A stretch of 60,087 bases of DNA, the filler included, from Sphacelaria rigidula (taxonomy: Eukaryota): NCBI GenBank assembly GCA_964200075.2. It is 6 parts of 6 records of this genome, joined end to end, with 100 filler letters (N's around TTAATTAATTAA, not from the genome) between each part and the next. Parts side by side here need not be neighbours in the genome. Positions count along the whole stretch, not along the records: positions 50,158 to 60,087 come from CAXNAA020007468.1; 5 more parts are not named here. One strand, written 5' to 3'. The notes under the pieces were generated by a model. The model was not told where the DNA came from. It saw only the letters and a program-made list of their open reading frames with translations, and did not search any database. The position numbers and the translations under genes were made by a program. Numbering within the stretch: position 1 is the first letter of the stretch; each line of letters starts with the position of its first letter. Shown piece by piece: positions 51,508 through 60,087 of the stretch.

Positions 51508-51650
51508 CAACTGATGTTGATGTTCCTGCTGCAGCTGTTACTGTAGCTTGATCGTTTCACATAAAGAAGCGGGCAAAACAGCTGATGTTGATGTTGCTGC
51601 TGCAGCTGTTACTATAGCTTGATCGTTTTACATACAGAAGCGTGCAAAAC
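51508..51650. repeat. Tandem repeat, 2 x ~70 bp
   Basis: ctgatgttgatgtt..tgctgcagctgttact(g/a)tagcttgatcgttt..gcaaaac occurs twice. Confidence 0.9.
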
Positions 51651-51990
51651 GGACTCTGATGCCCAAAACATCGATGAAATATCATTCGCATAGCCTACAC
51701 GATCGCAATGCACCCTGTTTATAGGTAAGTCTCAAAATTGAATAATAAAGGCCCAAGACAACACCATTTTTCATGCTCAGCTGGTCACGGGCGGGCACTA
51801 AAGAGTGCTAAAATTTCGTCACAAGCAGCTACTTGCTGCGACACCCCTTCTGATGCTGTGCGTTGGGGACCTGTAGTGCACTGTTGGACTACACACTGTT
51901 GGACTTCTGTCTTGTGTTCAGTATAACACACTGTACCATCTATGATACTGGACGACTGCGTTGGAACCAAAGCTTTGAAAAACTCCGAAG

Positions 51991-52044
51991 TTTTCTGTCA
52001 CAAAATTTCTGTCACAGGTTTTCTGTCACAGGTTTTCTGTCACA
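51991..52044. repeat. 14-bp minisatellite x4 (ttttctgtcacagg)
   Basis: Seen directly. Confidence 0.85.
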
Positions 52045-52356
52045 AGAAAACAATGTGACGTGAGAAAATGCCCAAGATAACACCATTTTTCATGCTGTGC
52101 TGAAAATCAGAATACTGCGTGATCCAGATTATGGTGCCTGGCGGTCAAAGGGTTAACGTCCCGAAGATGTAGTTCTTGGATATATAATCCGAAAATCGAG
52201 CAGACATCAACATAACATTCTTTGGAATCGCCGCGGCTAAATACCCTGCACTCGCATTCGGCATGCTAACCGGGAGAACATATTTGGAACGTATGCCATT
52301 ATGCGCAACGTGAAGTCGGGACCAGCTTAATGAACAACGGCGCAATAAAAATGGGA

Positions 52357-52634
52357 GGAATGTTCCGCACGTCGGTCAGCTCATCAGCTACCTGAGCCAA
52401 CTAATCGAAGAGGGCTCTCAAATCTGTTGTCCAAGTAGAGTGAAATTTGTGACAGCAGGGTCCGATGAGCGAAAGCTTCACCTTTGAGCTGCTCTGCGTG
52501 ATCGGCGTCCAGCGCTATACGGAGCAAATATGGAAAAAGGGGGCTGAATGAGCTAGCTCGTGATCTGGATCAGTACACTGATAAGAAGTAATAATTTGGG
52601 TATCCCATGAGCTGTCCAACGTGTGGAATGTTCC
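52357..52634. mobile_element. MITE with ~36-bp imperfect TIRs
   Basis: Left end ggaatgttccgcacgtcggtcagctcat versus reverse complement of the right end ggaacattccacacgttggacagctcat. Confidence 0.65.
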
Positions 52635-52949
52635 GATGGTTGATATCGTCGCTCCCCTTTTTTTCAAAGTATGTTCCACAAAACGCAACGTTTGTATCAA
52701 TACTCGTCAAGCCAGCGACTCTAAATCTAAACCTGTTCCGCAACGTCATCGTACCAACCCCTTGACCGCTAGGGTAGATGATATATGTCGAATCGGCGTC
52801 ATTTACACGTGACACTCAGACATGTCAGTGTACTATCCATTAATGGAACATATGGAAACAACGTCTTCCTACTGGAAGCTCATACTCAATCAAATGCTAG
52901 ACTCTCACTCTGGCGAAAAGGTTGTATGACTTGCGTTTTGAGTGAATTA

Positions 52950-53066
52950 CCGTCGGGGTGCACTTTTTAGTCCAATTATTTTCTAAGGCTACACACCAAG
53001 GCCCACGTGTTTGTCATCGAAAGGCTCCAGTAGTGAGTCTCATAAATAAGTTGTGCACCCCTACCG
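52950..53066. mobile_element. TA-flanked micro-MITE (117 bp)
   Basis: ta-ccgtcggggtgcac ... gtgcacccctaccg-ta. Confidence 0.7.
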
Positions 53067-53551
53067 TAAAACCACTGCTTCGATCTCTTTGACTCGCGAT
53101 CAATTCGACCTGGCCTCTCGAACGTTATGTAACATTCATATTTCGAACACGTGAAACACTTCCAGCTTCAGACACGTGACCGCGTCTGGCAGCCTGATTG
53201 GTCGGATTAAGACTACCGCCCCCCGAATTGGACTGAAGTGAAAAAAATGGGGTGTTGTACCTTTCTCCACGTACGTGCCACTTGCCGAGAGCATGGAAAA
53301 AATTTACATATGATTAATTGATGCATTTCACCAGCCGTGCTGTACTGACTATACATGTACTAGACATTCCGTACAGTGTTTTTGTGTCCATGTACGTCAC
53401 CTAAAATAACCAACGACTGCAACAATTCAAATCTTCTTCCATGTTACCAGGCAGACACTACTTGCTACCTAGTAATCTGTTCCTTATGTAGTACTAGACG
53501 GCAACCACATCGAGTGTTGCATATTTGTATAAACGAAGCGCACAAACCCTG

Positions 53552-53819
53552 CACACGTCGGACAGATCATGATCTGCCTGAAAATTACTTATTTTACTTA
53601 TTTTCAGTAAACTGATCCGGATCATGATTCGGATCATCTGACCCTACTTTTCCATCCTTGTTCCTTACCGCGCTGGACGCCGAGCACGCCGAGTAGCGCA
53701 AAGGTTTCGCTTTGGTTGTTCTGACTCCGCAGTCAAAAATTTCTTGTTTTTGGACCAACGGATTCGAGACTCGTCGTTGATCAGTTGTTTCAGACAGTTC
53801 ATGATCTGTCCGACGTGTC
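53552..53819. mobile_element. MITE with 20-bp TIR and 8-bp TSD
   Basis: TIR acacgtcggacagatcatga is perfect; flanks aaaccctg/aaaccttg. Confidence 0.85.
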
Positions 53820-54706
53820 AAACCTTGTCAGACTGCCGTATGTACATAGATTCAGACATTGAGAAAAAAACGCAGCGCAACCTTACGCGCACCGTAAACT
53901 ACCCTCTACACACAACGCGTGAACATACGCACATGCCAACCAAAACGCAAAACAGCACCCGTCACTTCATTCATCGCCCAAAATAATGACCAATGAACAT
54001 ACGCATGGCAAAATGTTACATCATGCACGATGGAAAATCCTTGATAACGAACACATCACACAAAATTGCGCCGGTAACCAGCATACATATATTCATTCCG
54101 CGCGAACACGAGCACTGGATATGTTCACCCGGACACCACAGCACCCCACACACTCGTGTTCTACAACGTGATGCGAAACATTTCCCGAATCATACATGTC
54201 ATAACCCACAGTCTTAACTACAACACAATTACTGACATCGCTATGCAGCCCCCGTTCAGTTGTGGGTGACTTGCCGCAAAATTTACCGGGGCATAGTCAA
54301 CCTGGCCGATCAACAACTCGAATCGAGGAATACAGCAAGTCAGGGACGATTTTAGTTTCCCAAGTATTTACATGCACCCCCAGCCTGAACTGAGTGCCGC
54401 CACAAATTGCAGCACAACCAAAACCCCACTCCCACTCGAGACAAAACCCCATTCCCACTCAAAATCTACGCCACGCACAGCCCCAAACGGATCACGATCA
54501 AACACGTGGGTTCGGACAAGGAAACCGGTCATGGCAAAACAGGCCGGACACGCGACGCAATGACGACTATCGCCCGACCACCATCAAACAGAACAAGAAA
54601 AGCCAACATCCTCTTCGTGATGTACTCCGATACACTGTCTACAGAATCAAACGTATAAGGGACTGCAGAGACATCGCCGCCTCTCCGAAAACATACATCA
54701 CCACAT

Positions 54707-55351
54707 TCAACAGTAGTGGCGAGGACACCCATGCTCCTGTGCCCACTGCAACACGTCTTTATGCCCGCCAGCTGCAGCACCCGTGCAGACCTGCGAGTCC
54801 CACGGACACCCGTTAGCTCTGGCCCACTGCAAAACCTCCAGATGTCCATGTTCCGCGGCTCTACTACAAGTTAAGCTGTCCCAATCACACCCGTTTGCCC
54901 TTGCCCACATCAGAACCTCAAGGTGCCCACCCTCCGCCGCGCTACTGCACGTGAAGCTATCCCATTCACAGCCGTTTTCCCTGCACCACTGCAGCACCTC
55001 GAGGTGCCCTCCACCAGCCGCTGAAATACACACGAACTTGTCCCAGGGACAGCCCATCGACCGTGCCCACTGCAGGAGTTCCAGGTGACCCTGCTTCGCC
55101 GCACGCCGGCACGTTACAGCTGACCATGGACAGCCCTTTGCCCGCAACCATTGCAGCAAGTCCAAGTGTCCTCCCTCCGCTGCGCCTGAACCATTCAGCA
55201 ACAGAGGGGCAGAGGGACAAGATATCAGCATTTGCTCACGACATTCGAGGCAATCGCGTACCCGGGGGATGTGTTTCAGATCTTGTTCCGAGGTCAACAG
55301 CCAAGCTTGCTTGGCAACGGAAATACGTGAAGGAAAGGCAAGGCGGTGCAT
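54707..55351 (-). CDS. Ankyrin-repeat protein (AAxGGHLEVLQW..GCPW type); N-terminus possibly degenerate
   Basis: About six ~25-aa repeats such as AAEGGHLEVLMWARANGCDWD; no intron. Confidence 0.85.
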   Translation of the reverse strand: MHRLAFPSRISVAKQAWLLTSEQDLKHIPRVRDCLECREQMLISCPSAPLLLNGSGAAEGGHLDLLQWLRAKGCPWSAVTCRRAAKQGHLELLQWARSMGCPWDKFVCISAAGGGHLEVLQWCRENGCEWDSFTCSSAAEGGHLEVLMWARANGCDWDSLTCSRAAEHGHLEVLQWARANGCPWDSQVCTGAAAGGHKDVLQWAQEHGCPRHYC

Positions 55352-55935
55352 TGAGAAAGAGGAACTCCTCTTCTCCCGACTTCAATCTTCATGATTATCC
55401 AACCTCACCGACATCATGGCAACGTCAATATATATACAAGTTACACCAGTCATCGTTTTTCTCATCTTCAAGCCCTGCAGACTGGTGCACTTTTTTCACT
55501 CGATGTTAGAGTCCATATATTTCGGGGTCATTTCGTCCTCAAAGCTCTGAGAAGCCAGTATTGCTTCTCACTTGATTTTAGAGCACAATTCTTCGCTGAT
55601 TATACGTACTAGCCTCTTCAGCTGCATTACGCTGGGCATTGGGGGGCGTTCCCGTCCTGCTCAGGTTTGGGGTGTATACCCTTTCCGCGCTGTGTTCTCC
55701 GTGGCATCTTGACGTTTGATGCATGTCCTCGTTGGACGGGGGGGTCTTTGACCGTCGGAGATGCCACCTCTTACCGTACACAGGCCCCGCATTCCTTCGT
55801 GGAACCGGTATCATTTTCACTTGAAAATTTAATCAGCATCATGCTCAGTTTGATGGGCAATGCGGTACGACTCTCCGTTCAATCTCGGCGCACACAGAGA
55901 GCATGTGATCTTGCCCGCATGTCGCATATCTCGAC

Positions 55936-56630
55936 TGTACTTCCCTTTAACTGTCTCTGGACTGCTGTTATTGCTGCTGCTGCTGCTACTCTGCCATACA
56001 TGCGTTTTTTTCATCATGAGATGCCGGCTTCTATTTTTCATATTTTAGTCGGCAGACAATCGCCGCGGTGGCTCAGTTGGTAACCCCGAAACCTTATGAC
56101 GGTTGGGTCGTGGGTTCGAACCTCAGTGCAGTCACACGATCTGGAATTTTTATCTTTCATCATGTCTGACAGTGGACGGCGACCACAGTATGTCGTGGTC
56201 AGAGAGAATTCGACTTCACGGTCGACGAGGGAAAGAGACTGCTGAACCTCTCTCGCGATGAAAAAAGAAGGAGATCCCCACAGAAATGTACTTTCCTTTA
56301 ACTGTCTCTGGGCTGCTGCTGCTGCTGCTGCTACTCTACCGTACATGCGTATTTTTCTTCATGAGGCGCCGGCTTCTATTTTTCATATTTTAGTCGGCAG
56401 ACGGTCGCCCCGATGGCTCAGTTGGTAACCCTCAAACCTCATGACGTTCGGGTCGTGGGTTCGAACCTCAGTGCAGTCACACGATCTGGAATTTTTATCT
56501 CACACCATGTTCAACAGTGGACGGCGACTGCAGTATGTCGTGGGTAGACAGAATTCGATTTCGCGGTCGACGAGCGAAAGGGATCGCTGAACCTCTCTCG
56601 CGATGAAAAAGTAAGGCGATCACCACAGAA
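55936..56630 (+). repeat. Tandem duplication (2 x ~350 bp), each unit carrying a tRNA-derived SINE (56061-~56285, 56404-~56630)
   Basis: Units share the (GCT)n tract, the flank, A box tggctcagttgg and B box ggttcgaacc. Confidence 0.9.
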
Positions 56631-56729
56631 TTTCCTGCGTTGACCTCCTTCTGTGTTACAAGTAACGCACACAACTATCATGCATGTATATCGCATGGTC
56701 TCGACTTCACTTCATTTTTACTGCTTTAA

Positions 56730-56889
56730 CCCTTTTGGGACCGGAATCCCAGAAACCTGGGGTTTGCACGCAGGGGCGTTTCCATTAATCGGCATTGTTT
56801 TCACTTGGAAACGATGGGAAATGATGTCGATTTATAAAAAGGCCCCTGCGTGAAAATCACATGTTTCTGGGAATCCGGTCCCAAAAGGG
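56730..56889. mobile_element. piggyBac-like MITE (160 bp) with ~50-bp TIRs
   Basis: TTAA-cccttttgggaccgga ... tccggtcccaaaaggg-TTGA. Confidence 0.85.
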
Positions 56890-56983
56890 TTGATCCTTTG
56901 ACTGGTAGGGTAGGTAATCTGGGCCACGCTGTAATTTGTGAAGTCCAAGTAACTGATGCCAATCCAACAACAGATTACCTATT

Positions 56984-57120
56984 ATGGCGGTCAAATGGTC
57001 AATCTCGTTGCCACTATATGTGTTTTTGGTTGGCGGTCAATTCATTTCTTGGTTGGCGATCAAATGGTCAAATTTGTTACCACTATATGGGTTCTTGGTT
57101 CGCGGGGGCGGTCAATTCCT
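56984..57120. repeat. Tandem repeat, 2 x ~70 bp
   Basis: tggcg(g/a)tcaaatggtcaa..ccactatatg..ggcggtcaattc occurs twice. Confidence 0.75.
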
Positions 57121-57681
57121 CAGGTTCAGTTTTGATTGTGATGCGCTGTTTTGAGCCTTCGTACGTACTCATCATCCATGTTGCTCTTCGGGCTGAAAAC
57201 GAAAGAAAACAAATCTTTTGTGAAATCGGCATCGATTACACATGAAAATCGAAGCGGCGTCATGCTCATGAAACAATCAGAAGACACGACAAAACTTTCC
57301 CGCCGCTCTCCATCAACCCTTTGACGGCGAGAAAATTAGGTAGTCTGTTCAAGTATTCATGATCCAGATTTACTACCGTGCTAAGCCCATGAGCTGCTGC
57401 GGCTTCTTCTCCAAAGTACGGATAACCTTTGCCACTACACAACGCACACAGCTGTCACCGGTGCTCATGTACCTTGGCTGTCGATCCACTGATCGTGGCG
57501 GCGAAGCCGCAGAAACTCTTGTACCTGTATAGATTACCTCACTGACCAGATCCATATCACAAGACAAACAATCTCGTCGGTTTCTTCACGGACACCATGG
57601 TTTCACTGCCAAAATACTACCTCCAGTCTGATCGCCGTGAAAAAACAGGTGATAGTGGTACCGCATGCCACAAGAACAAGA

Positions 57682-58317
57682 TCAAAATACTGATGGCAGT
57701 CGGCGTTGCAAGACAAGTTCTGCATACCGATGGGGTCTAGCCCCTCTGCTTCGCCATGTATCACCTGCACATGTCCAATCGTCCCAGGGCATCCCGTTAT
57801 CCCGTGCCCAAAGAAGAACACTGACGTGCCCGCCCTCCGCAGCTCCTGCACCCGTTAGACCATCCCACGGGCAGCCATTTTCACGGAGCCACTTGAGAAT
57901 GTCTAAATGTCCACCCAACGCAGCTCTCGCGCAGACCCAGCCGTTCCAAGGGCAGCCGTTCTGTCGTACCCACTGGACAATGTGTAGATGTCCCGCCTGT
58001 GCCGCTGCGCCGCACGTGCGGTAATCCCATGGGCAGCCGCTCTCTCGTGCAACTTGCAGGAGCTCCAGGTTACCGAGTTCTGCGATGGCGCGCGAGACCT
58101 CGAAGCTTTTCTGTAGGCCCAATTTGAAGCCGTATTGGAGTTGCGAAGCGGACGTGTAGGGGGTTATCGCCCTGGTGAGAAAATTGCGACGGTGTAGACA
58201 CCAGGAGAGTCGCCAGCTACTACACACGAGCGCAAAGAACAGGTAACGCTCCTCAGGTACGAAGGTCACCAGCGTGGACAGGATGTCCACGTTGCTCACT
58301 AGCGGGTGTACCTTCAT
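57682..58317 (-). CDS. Ankyrin-repeat protein with F-box-like N-terminus; last repeat apparently frameshifted
   Basis: N-terminus DILSTLVTFV..YLFFALVCSSWR, then four GHLxxxxW..GCPW-type repeats; no intron. Confidence 0.85.
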   Translation of the reverse strand: MKVHPLVSNVDILSTLVTFVPEERYLFFALVCSSWRLSWCLHRRNFLTRAITPYTSASQLQYGFKLGLQKSFEVSRAIAELGNLELLQVARESGCPWDYRTCGAAAQAGHLHIVQWVRQNGCPWNGWVCARAALGGHLDILKWLRENGCPWDGLTGAGAAEGGHVSVLLWARDNGMPWDDWTCAGDTWRSRGARPHRYAELVLQRRLPSVF

Positions 58318-58739
58318 GATTGTATGTCGTCTTGTCTTGAACCCCTTTTGATGATGTACAATCCGTGTTGTTGTTTGTCAGGCTGTTTTGGAAGCGACGC
58401 GATGACAGGCCCTGCTCTTTGCGGACAAGGGGAACATGGCAGAACCGGCCGGGGAACGGGAGTCTGAACATCAGTACTGGATGCGGTGGATCATCTCTCC
58501 ACTTTTCCCCGGAAATGTTGAGCTTTGCCTCTCTTCACTTTGATTGCGGCACCTACGTTTTACACAGACAGCACACCGCACATTCAACTCTTCTGGGCGA
58601 TGGTGAGGGCCAAGGCTGCACGTTTCACTAATCTTGCTTAGGTCTTCCCATACGCATGGTGCAATGGTAGGCTTGGTACTTTAGGTGGCACATATATATG
58701 GCGGCGTCAATTTGAGCTCTGTCAATGCGCACTACGTCA

Positions 58740-58840
58740 CCCCTGAACCGCGATGCGGGTAGTGCATCTGGATCACGAATACTTTTATCAAGCGAAAATG
58801 ATGTCGATTCCGCAGGTGACATACCCTCGCAGTCAAGGGG
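58740..58840. mobile_element. piggyBac-like micro-MITE, inverted copy of 37153-37254
   Basis: Aligns with the reverse complement of 37153-37254; ends tcaagggg-TTAA. Confidence 0.7.
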
Positions 58841-59299
58841 TTAAACAAGCGCGTGGGTGGTGATTGAAGTTGGAGGTGGTTCGCGTTTGTGGTACAGGAC
58901 GTATCCGTGCCAGGCCTGCGAGGACGCCTTTCCGTGGGGATTATCAATCGAGATTTCCTCGACAACGGCAGCGCTGCGAAGGACGAAGTGTTCGATGATG
59001 GGAACTGCTTGTTGCAGAGACATGTCGATGCACTCCTTCTTCGCTATTCGCGGTCCATCGTTTTATTTATTATTGATTATTTTGTGCACTTGAACCCCCT
59101 CCCTTCCTCGGGATGAGTCCATGGTCTCAACGGATCAACCCATCTCTCCCCCGGTAGACGCAATGCATTTTGGTCTCGCGGATTGGGTCATGACTATCAG
59201 CACTCCCGCACCGCGTCAACTCACGCCAAACAAACTCAATCGACTCCTTTGTTCACTTACGTTCTCACGCTTTCCACGGTGGAAATCATACATTACAAA

Positions 59300-59680
59300 G
59301 AAAAAACCCAACGCATCGGGCACCGAACCCGCGATCTCCCCACCCTAATGACGACAGTCGGACCATTACACCACCGGGGCGCGGCGGTCCATAAAAAGCG
59401 TGAATCACAGTATGCAATGTACAGTCGAGTTGGGACCTTTTCGGCAGCAGAATCAACATTTCGACATAGAAAGCGTGAGGACGTGAGAAGCAAGGAAACT
59501 TCGACGGGGACCTACGAAATACAGGAGTGTTCAAGAAGCCGACATTTAACCTTGAAAGCACTGAGCGCTCACTGTACACAACTCTAATTTCACCGACAAT
59601 CGATCGTTCGGGTATTCGAACCCCCGGTACCTGGTTCCAAAAGCGGACATGAGACGCTTGAACCACCAACGAGCGCTCAC
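59300..59680 (-). repeat. Two degenerate tRNA-derived SINE heads
   Basis: Minus strand ggtggtgtaatggt..cgcgggttcggtgccc (~59380-59315) and ggtggttcaagcg..gggggttcgaataccc (~59670-59610). Confidence 0.5.
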
Positions 59681-60087
59681 CGGCTCAAAGGCCAAACGTC
59701 CACTTCTTGAACAAAACTTATGGTGTGTGGTCTTTCCCGGCATGATCGGGTAGAAGCGGAGTTCGGACCTTGAATGGGTTGGCTTGCGAGAGGCTCAGGG
59801 CTCTGGAGACCACTGATGTGTGATGCCGGGGAGATCTACACCCCATGTATGCTGCTCAGGAATACTGATGCCGCGATGCCCCCCCCCCCCCTCCGAACCA
59901 CCTCCGAAAATATCACGGAGAAAAAAGCCACACACCGTATGATAGCTGGTTTCGAAATTTATGTAGCCCCTCATATGGGCGACGTTGACGAAAACGATCT
60001 CAAGCATGGGAGTTCTCAGCTGCTCGGTGTGGTGGGCCTTGTCATTTCGGTATACATGTAATTTTTGCCTCCTCAAACCAGCCTTTT

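Noticed and set aside
56061..56480. tRNA genes
   Set aside because: A and B boxes are present, but there is no complete cloverleaf and a conserved non-tRNA body follows, so these are SINEs. The tRNA-like pieces at ~28440-28505 and 59300-59680 also lack a complete cloverleaf.
57313..58844. Pack-piggyBac capturing the ankyrin gene (inward-facing TIRs on both sides of 57682-58317)
   Set aside because: The right TIR belongs to a self-contained 100-bp MITE (58740-58840) and the left one to a separate truncated copy, so the apparent pair is probably coincidental.

Overview
This window is eukaryotic, repeat-dense DNA, most likely from a brown alga (inferred from the repeat families and the GCPW-type ankyrin genes). 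It is not one locus. Five identical 100-bp spacers (44 N + TTAATTAATTAA + 44 N) join six scaffolds of 9932, 9932, 9931, 9931, 9931 and 9930 bp, which points to a length-sorted concatenation. Retroelements: an RT-less Copia element with two LTRs (1062-5103), an internally deleted Copia, degenerate Gypsy elements, LINE remnants and tRNA-derived SINEs. DNA transposons and repeats: a pogo-like transposase relic, many MITEs (Stowaway-like, hAT-like, piggyBac-like, TA-flanked), a foldback hairpin and a ~470-bp tandem repeat. Genes: a spliced orphan gene on the minus strand (11470-13569) and two intronless ankyrin-repeat genes. The most interesting signals are (1) LINE 3' ends and a second stub family that consistently abut G/C homopolymers, suggesting poly(C)-targeted retrotransposition, (2) the spliced orphan gene with weak primase (AEP/PrimPol)-like motifs, and (3) the tandem intronless ankyrin genes. 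I found no CRISPR array, rRNA or intact tRNA gene.
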